Source of the DNA: an uncultured Gammaproteobacteria bacterium
GTDB lineage: Bacteria; Patescibacteriota; Patescibacteriia; Magasanikbacterales; UBA922
Assembly: GCA_965231005.1 (NCBI GenBank)
Contig: OZ246405.1
Span: 866,709 to 930,708 of the forward strand
Reading direction: 5' to 3'
DNA: 64,000 bases
Shown here: positions 47,168 to 56,427 of the stretch, one piece after another
Numbering within the stretch: the stretch's first letter is position 1
Layout: each line of letters starts with the position of its first letter
The notes under the pieces: generated by a model
What the model saw: the letters and a program-made list of their open reading frames with translations, nothing else
The model's database searches: none
What the model was told of the DNA's origin: nothing
Program-made: the position numbers and the translations under genes

Positions 47168-47857
47168 TTATAGAATATATTTTCCATGTGATTTATCAGA
47201 AACAACTTTTCCATCATCAAGAGTAATGACTCTTTTACGGAGTTGATTGACCACTTCCCTATTATGTGTGACAAGAACAACAGTTGTTCCAAACTCATTA
47301 ATCTTTTTTAAAATATCAATAATTTCTTGGGTGTTTACTGTATCTAAATTTCCAGTTGGTTCGTCTGCAACAAGAATTTTTGGTCGGTGGACAAGTGATC
47401 GTGCAATCACAACTCGTTGTTGCTCCCCACCAGAAAGTTGATCTGGATACCTGTCTGCCATGTGAGATAAGCCTACAATATCTAAGACCTTTGGAACAAT
47501 ATCTTGAATTCTACTATGCAATTCACCTGCTACCTGCAGAGCAAAGGCAACGTTTTCGTATACAGTTTTTTTGGGCAGTAGCTTGAAATCTTGAAAAATA
47601 ACACCAATCTGTCTACGCAAGTACGGAATATCTCTTTGTCTAATATCAGTAATATCCCACCCACCTACAATAATGCGCCCTTTACTTGGTCGTTCTTCTG
47701 CAATAAGTAATTTAACAAATGTTGTTTTACCAGTTCCGCTTTGTCCTACAATTGAGACAAATTCACCAGATCCAATTTCTACTGAAACATCAGAAATGCC
47801 AAAACTATTGCGTGTATACTGTTTTGTAACACCATCGAGTGTAATCATATAAAACAA
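47168..47857 (-). CDS. ftsE: Cell-division ABC transporter ATPase FtsE
   Basis: Walker A GQSGTGKTT, signature LSGGEQQR, Walker B ILVADEPTGNLD; the start is probably the internal MITLDGV. Confidence 0.9.
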   Translation of the reverse strand: MFYMITLDGVTKQYTRNSFGISDVSVEIGSGEFVSIVGQSGTGKTTFVKLLIAEERPSKGRIIVGGWDITDIRQRDIPYLRRQIGVIFQDFKLLPKKTVYENVAFALQVAGELHSRIQDIVPKVLDIVGLSHMADRYPDQLSGGEQQRVVIARSLVHRPKILVADEPTGNLDTVNTQEIIDILKKINEFGTTVVLVTHNREVVNQLRKRVITLDDGKVVSDKSHGKYIL

Positions 47858-47912
47858 TTATACCACAAAAATAAAAACAATCAGGATGGTGATTGTTAAT
47901 AGAATTGAGTAG

Positions 47913-47986
47913 AGCCACCTGTGAGGATCGAACTCACGACCTACGCGTTACGAGTGCGTCGCTCTAGCCAACTGAGCTAAGGTGGC
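47913..47986 (-). tRNA. tRNA-Thr (CGT)
   Basis: Acceptor GCCACCT/AGGTGGC, D-arm TAGCTCAGTTGGCTAGAGC, anticodon loop CTCGTAA, T-arm GTGAGTTCGATCCTCAC. Confidence 0.8.
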
Positions 47987-48053
47987 GTACCAAACTAGGT
48001 ATACTACAAAAAGTAGTACTGGATTTAAACTGTGTCAAGTATCAATCCAAAAA

Positions 48054-48136
48054 CTGTCCCGACGCTCCGACTTCGTCGGAGGTACGGGATTCCGACTGAA
48101 CGCAAGGCGTTCACGTCGTAAAGCTAAGGTGGCGTA
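48054..48136 (-). repeat. Copy B of the conserved structured element plus a 15-bp direct copy of the tRNA-Thr 5' end
   Basis: 48054-48120 matches copy A (inner helix TGAACGC-AAG-GCGTTCA carries compensatory changes relative to AAAACGC/GCGTTTT); 48122-48136 exactly equals 47975-47989 (tRNA-Thr nt 1-12 plus 3 nt flank); on the minus strand the outer hairpin is followed by AGTTTTTGG. Confidence 0.55.
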
Positions 48137-48144
48137 GTCAGTGG

Positions 48145-48477
48145 CTAGGATACTTCAAGACGAGGGATAATGTCAATTGGGGGTTCTTCGTATGGATGCA
48201 CTTTTTTAATAACATCAATAACTTCTTTTACCTTATCTTTATGACAGAGTGTTTCGAGTACAACTTCTTCAACTTCTTCTGGTGTTCCTATTGCTCCCAC
48301 AGCAGGGTTTGCTCCTGGAAGGGGTGTGAAACGTCCAATAACGTTATATGATCCGCTACAATGCGAATAATTGCCTTGCACACCTGCACCAGCATCTCCT
48401 ATCGCCTGACGTACTTTTTCAGCTGAGTCTACTGGTGTAGACACAACTATTTTTACAAAATCAGATTCTTGTAACAT
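48145..48477 (-). CDS. Small PII/CutA-like (GlnB-fold) protein, Nif3-insert-like
   Basis: 110 aa; VKIVVSTPVDSAEKV...HPYEEPPIDIIP resembles CutA1/Nif3-associated GlnB-like domains; weak. Confidence 0.4.
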   Translation of the reverse strand: MLQESDFVKIVVSTPVDSAEKVRQAIGDAGAGVQGNYSHCSGSYNVIGRFTPLPGANPAVGAIGTPEEVEEVVLETLCHKDKVKEVIDVIKKVHPYEEPPIDIIPRLEVS

Positions 48478-48480
48478 AGA

Positions 48481-49470
48481 TTATTCATTCTCTATTGGCT
48501 GATCTAGCCGATCAAAAGGATTTTCAACCTTCATAAGTAAATCAATGTCAGCTTCTTTTATTTTGTCTGTTAGGAATTCATCAAAACTTCTTAAAAATCT
48601 TTTTCCAGATTTGAGGATGATGTGATATCCAAATTCTGTTTTTAATGGTTGATCATTTAACTGTCCTTCTTTAAGTTTGAACACCACTTCTTCAAATGCA
48701 GGAATCATAACGCCTTTTCCAAACCACCCTAAGTCTCCTCCTTGTTGCGCAGTAGCATCAGTGCCATATTTCAAAGCAAGAGCACTAAAATCAGCACCAT
48801 CTTTTAGCTGTTGAAGAAGTTCTGTTGCGAGCTTCTGTACATCAGCTTCAGTCTCATCTGTGGTTTTTAATAAAATGTGGCTGGCTCTAACCTGCTCTAT
48901 TTGTGAGTAACCTTGAACTTCTTCATCAGTTCTTGTCTGAAAATGCTCTGCAAGTTTTTGCTCTAATAGCATTGGGATGATAACTTTTTTTGTATAAACA
49001 CCCATGGACCATCCATATTTCTCCTTTAGTTCTTCACGTGCCTTTGCTTCACTTTCAAATTGTGAAAAAAGTGTGCTTTTTGCATCTTCAATATCTTCGT
49101 TAGTAACACTCACCCCTTGTTCTTTTGCTATCTGTCTAATAATAATGTTTGCGATTTGTCTACTTAGTGCTTGATTTGAAAGCTCTTCATCACTAATTTG
49201 TCCAAATTGACCTGTGGCATCTTGATAAAATTTTCTTAGTGTTTTTACATCTTGGAGATAATCAGCATACGTAATTTTTTCATCGTTCACTTCTGCAATC
49301 CCCAGTTGTGTAATGCTAGCAGCAAACTGTGCAATACTATTGCTCGACAGTTTCCTAGCCATGATAATACCTGTGCCGATAAGAAGAATAAATACTAGGA
49401 AAATGCTGGCAAGAATTCCAAGAATAAAACCTTGATTATTGTTTGTGTCTTTAGGACGATGTGTAGTCAT
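48481..49470 (-). CDS. Membrane-anchored parvulin (PpiC)-type peptidyl-prolyl isomerase (PrsA/SurA-like)
   Basis: 329 aa; N-terminal TM; C-terminal rotamase motifs VRASHILLKT, GGDLGWFGKG, GYHIILK. Confidence 0.75.
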   Translation of the reverse strand: MTTHRPKDTNNNQGFILGILASIFLVFILLIGTGIIMARKLSSNSIAQFAASITQLGIAEVNDEKITYADYLQDVKTLRKFYQDATGQFGQISDEELSNQALSRQIANIIIRQIAKEQGVSVTNEDIEDAKSTLFSQFESEAKAREELKEKYGWSMGVYTKKVIIPMLLEQKLAEHFQTRTDEEVQGYSQIEQVRASHILLKTTDETEADVQKLATELLQQLKDGADFSALALKYGTDATAQQGGDLGWFGKGVMIPAFEEVVFKLKEGQLNDQPLKTEFGYHIILKSGKRFLRSFDEFLTDKIKEADIDLLMKVENPFDRLDQPIENE

Positions 49471-49480
49471 AAAATATAAT

Positions 49481-49888
49481 TTAGATATCTCTATGAGTGA
49501 AATAGTACCACCATTTTATTGGGTTGCCAAGATATGTATTGCTATGTTCTGTGTTCATTGATTCTTTCTCCTCAATGCGATTTGTATCTTGTTGGATAAC
49601 GATTGAGTTCTCACCAGGTTTGAGCATATTTAACTCTGTTCTTGCTTTTTCCTCAACAAATTCCTTACTTGTTACATAAGATAATATATCAAGAGATTCA
49701 ATTTTTCTCTGTTCAAGATTCTTCACTTCTTGCTCTAATTGTTTTATTTCTTCTCTAATTTTAATATCTTGATAATATGCTCTCGCAAAATTTAAGGCCA
49801 CTAGTATTGCAAGAACAAGCAGTACAATCAAAAACAAGCGTGACCCAAAAAAACGCCGCATGAACGGTCTTTGTTGATTCTTGTTCAT
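49481..49888 (-). CDS. ftsB: FtsB/DivIC-like septum formation initiator
   Basis: 135 aa; TM, coiled-coil, then ARTELNMLKPGE matching the FtsB/DivIC C-terminal motif. Confidence 0.55.
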   Translation of the reverse strand: MNKNQQRPFMRRFFGSRLFLIVLLVLAILVALNFARAYYQDIKIREEIKQLEQEVKNLEQRKIESLDILSYVTSKEFVEEKARTELNMLKPGENSIVIQQDTNRIEEKESMNTEHSNTYLGNPIKWWYYFTHRDI

Positions 49889-49900
49889 ACGCTTAGTATA

Positions 49901-51187
49901 TCATGATTTTGACTTGAGTGCAGTTCTGACTACATCTCTATCATCCCATGAAATCATTTTTCCATTTGCAATGCATATCCCTTGTTCTGAACCTTTTCCA
50001 GTAACAAGAATGATATCATCTTTTTGCGCGATTGAAATTGCCTTTTGTATAGCCTCTTCCCTACTTAACATTTCAAACAAGTCCGTGCCAAGCTGCTTTC
50101 CTTCTTTTTGAGCACCAGCTGAAACTTGCTTTATGATTTGCAATGGATCCTCATCGTATGGATCTTCATCTGTCACAATAAATATATCTGACTGCTTTCC
50201 AATTAATTTTCCAATTGGCTCTCTGCGTGCAACATCTCTTCCTCCACCAGTCGCACCGCAAACATGAATGATTCTTTTGTGATCGAGCAGAGCTACAGTA
50301 TCATACAAAGCCTGCAATGCTACTGGTTCAAACGCATAGTCTACAATAGCGTCAAATCCATATGTCTTCGCTTCTTGGATAAACTCAATTCTCCCTGGAG
50401 GGTTGGATAACTTTTTTACTGATTCTTGGAGTTCAGTCCATTCCATTCCGAGCGATCGTGCAATACTTACAGCAGTTAGGACATTCTGAGCATTGTGCTT
50501 GCCAAATAGTGATGTTGTAAATGGCTTCCCATTTATTGAAAGTGACAATCCTTGCTTGGTTGTTGCCACTTCAGATACAACAAAGTCCGCATTCTGACTA
50601 CCAAATGTAATTTTTTGTTTAAAATTATCGTATAAAAATTCCTGAGCATATTCAGAATCTGCATTGACAACTGCTGATCTATTATTTCCAAGAGAAGCTG
50701 TATATGAAAATAATTTTTTCTTTTCATTTTTATAATTTTCAAAACTTCCGTGTGATTCTATATGTTCTGGATACAAATTTGTTAGAACAACAATATTGTA
50801 ATCAATAAATCTATGTCGATACTGCACAATACCTTCTGATGTTGTTTCTACAATCGCAATGTCACACTTTTTCTCAACCATTTCACGCAAATATTTTTGT
50901 ATTTGCATTTTTCCGAGCATGGTCATTTTTTGATCATTGAGCTTATCTTGTCCTGCAATATAAAAATCGATTGTTGACAATGACCCAACAGTCTTGCCTG
51001 CATGTTCTAGTATATTTCTAAGAAAAAATGTTGTTGTTGACTTTCCTGTGGTTCCTGTAATTCCAATAACAAGAAGATCCTTTGATGGATTTCCATATTT
51101 TGCTGCTCCCCACCACGCATAGAAAAGATGACGAAGATTACGCACAGGTGCTGGGATAATTTTTTTGATAAGACGTTTTGCTCTCAT
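49901..51187 (-). CDS. murE: Mur ligase, MurE-like (UDP-MurNAc-L-Ala-D-Glu:diamino acid ligase)
   Basis: 428 aa; P-loop GITGTTGKSTT, central and C-terminal Mur ligase domains, TDEDPYDEDP resembling the MurE DNPR region. Confidence 0.65.
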   Translation of the reverse strand: MRAKRLIKKIIPAPVRNLRHLFYAWWGAAKYGNPSKDLLVIGITGTTGKSTTTFFLRNILEHAGKTVGSLSTIDFYIAGQDKLNDQKMTMLGKMQIQKYLREMVEKKCDIAIVETTSEGIVQYRHRFIDYNIVVLTNLYPEHIESHGSFENYKNEKKKLFSYTASLGNNRSAVVNADSEYAQEFLYDNFKQKITFGSQNADFVVSEVATTKQGLSLSINGKPFTTSLFGKHNAQNVLTAVSIARSLGMEWTELQESVKKLSNPPGRIEFIQEAKTYGFDAIVDYAFEPVALQALYDTVALLDHKRIIHVCGATGGGRDVARREPIGKLIGKQSDIFIVTDEDPYDEDPLQIIKQVSAGAQKEGKQLGTDLFEMLSREEAIQKAISIAQKDDIILVTGKGSEQGICIANGKMISWDDRDVVRTALKSKS

Positions 51188-51221
51188 AGTTATCGTATTC
51201 CAACAGAAAAAAACAAAAATG

Positions 51222-51797
51222 TCAAGATTGCTTTAGACTTAATTCGTATACAACAATTTCTATTTTTCTTGTTGCCATTTTTGCTTGATCAAATTTTGTT
51301 CGTAAATATTTTGTTAGATGGAATTCAACAAGCTCTCCAATAATACTTTTAGCAAGTGCTGCACATCTTTCTACCATGGCAGTATCACCTTCTGTTGCTG
51401 CTTTGATTGCATATCTATACAACTCTCCTGGAAGGTCACAAAGTCCAGCTAAATAAACACTGTATTCAATTGGAAGGCCTTTTATTTCATCGATCTTCTC
51501 ATCTAGAATAAATTGATAAAAGAGCATGCCTTCAACGTATTCTTCCAAACCTTCTCTGTATGCACCCTCTACTTTTATCCTTGGTTCCTTTTTATATTTT
51601 TTATTTAGTGCAATAAAAATCTTTTTAGCATCAGACAATTTTTTCTTTGCCTCTTTTATATTTCCCGCGTGTAGTGAGAAAATTGCGCGTTTTGAATGAT
51701 GCCGAGCATCACCAGCATGCTTGATAATATCTCTTCGAATTTCTGCATATTGGTGCAAATCTTTTTTAATAGTTGCAAGGTGCTTTTTTATAGACAT
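51222..51797 (-). CDS. Translin-family protein
   Basis: 191 aa all-alpha; EEYVEGMLFYQFI and YLAGLCDLPGELYRYAI resemble translin segments (EYVEAL..., DYLLGVADLTGELMR). Confidence 0.45.
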   Translation of the reverse strand: MSIKKHLATIKKDLHQYAEIRRDIIKHAGDARHHSKRAIFSLHAGNIKEAKKKLSDAKKIFIALNKKYKKEPRIKVEGAYREGLEEYVEGMLFYQFILDEKIDEIKGLPIEYSVYLAGLCDLPGELYRYAIKAATEGDTAMVERCAALAKSIIGELVEFHLTKYLRTKFDQAKMATRKIEIVVYELSLKQS

Positions 51798-51799
51798 AG

Positions 51800-54478
51800 T
51801 TATGCTGTTTTAAATCTGTGCGAACGCACAATAAATATAAATTTCATTGTCTCGAGTAAGAGAACATCAATCGCACTGAAGAGAACAACCAGACCCCAAT
51901 GAGAAAGAGTGAGCGGTACAGTTTGCAGCAATATCTGAAGCGGTTGCCAATAGACTGAAAGAAGAATAAGGACAAAACCAAGAATTACACTTAGTGTAAT
52001 GTAGTGATTATTAAAAGGATTTATCTTCCATATCATGTGTCTAAAGCTACGAACTGGGTAAATAAAGAGCAGTGAATTAAATGATAGCGTTGCAAATATG
52101 ATTGTTCGCACTAGTGCTATATCTTCAAGGACATTGTGAAGATAGACAAAGAGTCCTAGTAGTGCACCACCCGCCACAAGTGTAATAATGGCAATCATTA
52201 TTTTCATATGTCCATCAACAATACTTTCACTCCGCTTTCTTGGCTTCTCTAACATATTTTCTTTGTCACCTGGGTCAAATGACAATGCCATTGATGGAAA
52301 TGAGTCTTCAATAAGATTTACCCACAAAATTTGAGCAGGCAGCACTGCTAATGGCAACCCAAGAATAATACTTCCAGTTATTAAAATAACTTCAGTAAAA
52401 CTGTGTCCAAGCAGATAAAGAACGACTTTTTTAATATTTTGGTAAATTGATCGCCCTTCTTCAATTGCTGCCACAATTGTGCTAAATCTATTGTCGAGCA
52501 ATACCATATCTGATGTTTCTTTTGCCACATCTGTTCCAGATCCAAGTGCAATACCAATATCAGCAGCTTTAATAGCAGGTGCATCATTCACTCCATCACC
52601 AGTCATTGCAACAGTTTCTCCATTTGCCTTAAGTGCCTGAACAATGTGAATCTTGTCTTTTGGATCAACACGAGAAAAAATACTTATGTGCTCTATTTGG
52701 TTTTTCAGCTCTTCATGAGACATTGAACGAAGCTGTTCTCCATTAAATACAGAATCTTTTGTCACATCCATGCCAATATCCCTTCCAATTGCACTTGCAG
52801 TACTCATATGGTCTCCTGTAATCATAACAACATGTATACCAGCCTTTCGTGCCTTGTCCAATGTTTCTTTTACATCCTTTCTCAAAGGATCTCTCAATGC
52901 AACAAGCCCAACTAGTACAAGAGAAGAAACATCTTTTTCATTTATTTTTGAGAGTTGAGTATCTGCCTTTTTATATGCAAGTGCAAGAACGCGAAGTCCT
53001 CTGCTTGTTAAGTCTTCCTGTGTATTCTCAAAAAATTCTTTGTCTTTTTTAGAAATTTTCTCTTGCTTACCATTTTTTTCAATATACCCAACCTTTTTCA
53101 TAATGACTTCTGGAGCACCTTTTGCAAAAATTCGACTTTCATGTTCTACATGGTGAAGTGTTGCCATGTATTTTCTTTTGCTGGAAAATGTAATTTCATC
53201 TTGTCGCGTATAGACATCTTCAAGATTTCTTTTTTCTAAACCAACATGTGCACTTGCTTCTGCTAGTGCACGTTCTGTCATGTCCCCAAGAAAATGAATG
53301 TCCCCATTTTCTGTTGTCGTATCAAGTATTGCATTATTGCAAAGTGTCCCAATTCTCAAGGCAGTTTGAACATCTTCAAATGAATCATTATCAACAACTT
53401 GCGAAAGCTCTTCACGGGTTACCTCGTGCTTTATAGTAATAATTTTAGAAACCTTCATTTTTCCTTCTGTCAGCGTTCCAGTTTTGTCTGTACAAATCAC
53501 ACTCACTGATCCAAGTGTTTCTGCAGCAACTAGTTTTCTTACAAGTGCTTTTCGTTTTAAAATAAATTGCATTCCCACTGCTAGGATAACGGTGAGTGCT
53601 ATAACAAGTCCTTCGGGAATTGCTGCCACTGCTACTGCAATTGATGTTTCAAATAGTTGAAATACACCATAATCACTCTTGTGGGTCAGATAGCCAAAAA
53701 GGAATAACAACCCTGATATTGCCAAGACAACAACTGCTAGTATTTTGCTCAAATGTTCTAACTGTTCTTGGAGTGGTGTTTTCTCTTGCCCTGTTGACGT
53801 AATTAACGATGCGACAGAGCCAAGTTGTGTTTCCAGTCCTATAGATGTCACAAGAACTGTTGCTGTTCCATTTACCACTGTAGTGCCTCGAAACACCATA
53901 TTTACCTGATCACCAACAGCCAAAGACCCTTTCAGAATATGTTTTTTCTTTTTTACTGGTTCTGACTCTCCTGTAAGTACTGATTCATCTACTTCCAAAT
54001 TATTTAGCTCTATTATTCTTCCATCAGCTTGAATTTTGTTTCCGGCGCTAAGATAAAGAATATCTCCAGGAACAATCTCATCACTTTCAATTTGAACCTT
54101 TTGACCATCCCGAAGAACTATTGCCTTGTATGTTACAATTTCATGCAATTTTTCAAGCGCCTTGTCTGCCTTAAATTCTTGAATAAAGCCAATCAGTACA
54201 TTTATACCCACAGTAATCCATATCACAATGGCATCAAGATATTCATGAAGAGCAAGACTAATAATTCCAGCAACCACTAAGATAAGAATCAATGGGCTTT
54301 TCCATTGATCAGCAAAAATTTTGAATCTACTTGTACTTGCACGAGAGCTCTGAAGTTTATTCTCACCATAATGCTTTGCTCTCTTTTCTGCCTCCTTTTG
54401 GGAAAGGCCTTTGTCTGACCCTTGAATATCCTTAAATAATTGTGATATACTCTTTTCGTGTGTATTCATAGTTGTCAT
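51800..54478 (-). CDS. P-type cation-transporting ATPase (type IIA, Ca2+ pump-like)
   Basis: 892 aa; TGES, DKTGTLT phosphorylation site, GDGVNDAPAIKAADIG hinge, 10 predicted TM. Confidence 0.9.
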   Translation of the reverse strand: MTTMNTHEKSISQLFKDIQGSDKGLSQKEAEKRAKHYGENKLQSSRASTSRFKIFADQWKSPLILILVVAGIISLALHEYLDAIVIWITVGINVLIGFIQEFKADKALEKLHEIVTYKAIVLRDGQKVQIESDEIVPGDILYLSAGNKIQADGRIIELNNLEVDESVLTGESEPVKKKKHILKGSLAVGDQVNMVFRGTTVVNGTATVLVTSIGLETQLGSVASLITSTGQEKTPLQEQLEHLSKILAVVVLAISGLLFLFGYLTHKSDYGVFQLFETSIAVAVAAIPEGLVIALTVILAVGMQFILKRKALVRKLVAAETLGSVSVICTDKTGTLTEGKMKVSKIITIKHEVTREELSQVVDNDSFEDVQTALRIGTLCNNAILDTTTENGDIHFLGDMTERALAEASAHVGLEKRNLEDVYTRQDEITFSSKRKYMATLHHVEHESRIFAKGAPEVIMKKVGYIEKNGKQEKISKKDKEFFENTQEDLTSRGLRVLALAYKKADTQLSKINEKDVSSLVLVGLVALRDPLRKDVKETLDKARKAGIHVVMITGDHMSTASAIGRDIGMDVTKDSVFNGEQLRSMSHEELKNQIEHISIFSRVDPKDKIHIVQALKANGETVAMTGDGVNDAPAIKAADIGIALGSGTDVAKETSDMVLLDNRFSTIVAAIEEGRSIYQNIKKVVLYLLGHSFTEVILITGSIILGLPLAVLPAQILWVNLIEDSFPSMALSFDPGDKENMLEKPRKRSESIVDGHMKIMIAIITLVAGGALLGLFVYLHNVLEDIALVRTIIFATLSFNSLLFIYPVRSFRHMIWKINPFNNHYITLSVILGFVLILLSVYWQPLQILLQTVPLTLSHWGLVVLFSAIDVLLLETMKFIFIVRSHRFKTA

Positions 54479-54545
54479 AAATTAGCACAAATATTGACAC
54501 TTGTACTGGAATAGTATATCATATTCGCGTACTAAACAAATCTAT

Positions 54546-54618
54546 GGTCCGGTAGCTCAGCTGGTAGAGCAGCAGCCTTTTAAGCTGATGGTCCTGGGTT
54601 CGAGCCCCAGCCGGATCA
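54546..54618 (+). tRNA. tRNA-Lys (TTT)
   Basis: Acceptor GGTCCGG/CCGGATC, D-arm TAGCTCAGCTGGTAGAGC, anticodon loop CTTTTAA, T-arm CTGGGTTCGAGCCCCAG. Confidence 0.85.
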
Positions 54619-54626
54619 CAAAAAAA

Positions 54627-54646
54627 CCACCGCAAGGTGGTTTTTT
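54627..54646 (+). terminator. Intrinsic terminator after tRNA-Lys (CCACC-GCAA-GGTGG plus T6)
   Basis: Perfect 5-bp stem, GCAA tetraloop, TTTTTT. Confidence 0.6.
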
Positions 54647-54723
54647 GAGTGAGTAGGCTGGGTGAGATTTTGTAACCAATGCAATATGGTTACAAAAAAG
54701 AGGCTCTGTTGGATCACAAAGAA

Positions 54724-54746
54724 AGAACCCTCTTGGGTTCTTTTTG
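54724..54746. terminator. Second hairpin terminator (AGAACCC-TCTT-GGGTTCT plus TTTTT), bidirectional
   Basis: Preceded by GGATCACAAAGAAAG, a near copy of the tRNA-Lys 3' end plus flank; serves the convergent NUDIX-like gene on the minus strand. Confidence 0.45.
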
Positions 54747-54761
54747 ATTAGTTTCGGATGT

Positions 54762-55397
54762 CTAGCGTTTTATTGGAATAAGGAGTTTACCGTATTTCTT
54801 TAACATGAATTTGATATCATCTGTAAATTTTTCTGGGTTATTCTCAATATCTTCCTTTAACTCATCCAGAGAAAATACTTCTATACCAGAGCTTTCACCA
54901 TCAACAAACCTTATCGGTCCATCATAGTATCCATAGTACATTGAAGTCATATGAGGTTGAATCATTTTTGTTCCATCATTCAAAATTCTATCAGATTTAA
55001 AATCAGGAAGGTATTCAATCTTTTGAAAAATTCCTATGACACTCAGATCAGTGACCTTTGTAGCTTTTTCAAATTCCTCAGGTGGTAGTACAGCTGCTGG
55101 AAATCCTAGCTCTTCAGCACATTCTCTAATTACAGTCATATCAAAACTATCTCCTGCTGAAACATGCCCACCTACTGTTTTATCATATTTACCAGAATTT
55201 GCTTTCTTAATTCTGCTCCTCTTCTGGAGATAAATTCTTCCAGATGAATTCATTAGGATTAATCTAATTGTCTTTAATTTTTTAGTTATCTTTCCAGTCT
55301 TTTTAAACTCACTTTTAAGGTCTGATTCAATTGTTTTTCTTTTTTCAACCTTGATTAAATTGGACTTAAGGTCGTATACTTCTAGTTTTTCACTCAT
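54762..55397 (-). CDS. NUDIX-fold protein, IDI-like subfamily (paralog 1 of 3)
   Basis: 211 aa; YLQKRS...K...DKTVGGHVSAGDSFDMTVIRECAEELG is a Nudix box with Asp at the usual first Glu position; resembles the IDI type-1 Nudix region but lacks the catalytic Cys. Confidence 0.6.
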   Translation of the reverse strand: MSEKLEVYDLKSNLIKVEKRKTIESDLKSEFKKTGKITKKLKTIRLILMNSSGRIYLQKRSRIKKANSGKYDKTVGGHVSAGDSFDMTVIRECAEELGFPAAVLPPEEFEKATKVTDLSVIGIFQKIEYLPDFKSDRILNDGTKMIQPHMTSMYYGYYDGPIRFVDGESSGIEVFSLDELKEDIENNPEKFTDDIKFMLKKYGKLLIPIKR

Positions 55398-55415
55398 ATA
55401 TTTTTATTTATTGTC

Positions 55416-55988
55416 TTATTCATTTTTCAACATCAACACTTGAGTAAGTGCGTTTTTATCATCTAGGTTTATCCGTCTAACATGCATAGCAATTAGCACT
55501 TCACGAACATCCCACAACGAATTAATAAATTCATCTGTAGCCTCTGATTCTGAAACACCCATAGCAATCAGGCGCTCACGTGTATACTGATTTCTATCAT
55601 AGTCTCTCCCATCAGCAATTTTCCCGTTTCTCAACATAGGCGAAAGACTAACAAGAAAATCCCGAGAAAAACGTTTGTAAAAATCTTCAACACGCTCTGT
55701 CCATTCATCAGAAAAGTTTAATGTATCAATACCTAAAAATGACAATAACTCTTTGGCTCCTCTAAGATCTCCCCAATGCCCCCCTTTTACAGTATCTTGA
55801 ACCTTTGAAACAGCGGCTTGTGCAAGAGCTTCCTTTTCTCCTGGAGATAGTGTGCATGTCTCCAATTGCTGACGAATATAACCAAAATGAACTGCACCAT
55901 TACCTTCAAGTTTTTGTATTATCTGTGTGGCAGTCTCACTGCTTTCACTCATTCCCTTATCTCCCTTGTATGATTTAATTTCACTCAT
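55416..55988 (-). CDS. Hypothetical protein
   Basis: 190-aa ORF, no recognised motif. Confidence 0.35.
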   Translation of the reverse strand: MSEIKSYKGDKGMSESSETATQIIQKLEGNGAVHFGYIRQQLETCTLSPGEKEALAQAAVSKVQDTVKGGHWGDLRGAKELLSFLGIDTLNFSDEWTERVEDFYKRFSRDFLVSLSPMLRNGKIADGRDYDRNQYTRERLIAMGVSESEATDEFINSLWDVREVLIAMHVRRINLDDKNALTQVLMLKNE

Positions 55989-56014
55989 ATATTATCTGTG
56001 AATTTTTACAATTA

Positions 56015-56314
56015 CTATTCTTCATCTTTTGAAACATCTACAGGCTCAAAACCTGCACTCTCTGCATGACGGTGATCACTTGGTGGCAGTGTAGGCTCTC
56101 TCTTAGGAGGAGGATTGCGTTCAGCATCCAAGCGTCTATGTGGTGTAGGTTCCAATTTCTCTGGAGGAGGAAGTTCTACATCTACAGGTGCAAATCCAGC
56201 ACTTTCAAAAGCATCATCACGGCGTCTTTGCCTTTCATCTTCTGATAACTGAGGTTGTCCTGAACTAATTCTTCTTGTTTTTTCATCTGGGTTTGGAGTC
56301 TTTTTTTCTTGCAT
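56015..56314 (-). CDS. Pro/Glu-rich low-complexity protein with an internal repeat (ESAGFxPVDV)
   Basis: 99 aa; repeated ESAGFAPVDVELPPPEKLEPTP / ESAGFEPVDVSKDEE; likely disordered; may not be expressed. Confidence 0.3.
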   Translation of the reverse strand: MQEKKTPNPDEKTRRISSGQPQLSEDERQRRRDDAFESAGFAPVDVELPPPEKLEPTPHRRLDAERNPPPKREPTLPPSDHRHAESAGFEPVDVSKDEE

Positions 56315-56427
56315 ACTAATCTTTTTAAAAAATTATCCTTATAAGAAAATACTATCACAATTATCACAAATGTTAAACCCGCCGCTGCTACTGCATTGGC
56401 GGGTCTTTGATTGGTGACCTCCGAAAA

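Noticed and set aside
54762-55397. Calling the three NUDIX-like paralogs isopentenyl-diphosphate isomerase (IDI type 1)
   Set aside because: Local motif similarity is real, but the catalytic Cys (C-G-H-P) is replaced by Gly and the downstream catalytic Glu region is not conserved.
56100-56230. DNA-level repeat CAGGYKCAAAWCCWGCACT (two copies) inside the Pro-rich ORF
   Set aside because: It simply encodes the protein-level ESAGFxPVDV repeat; not an independent element.
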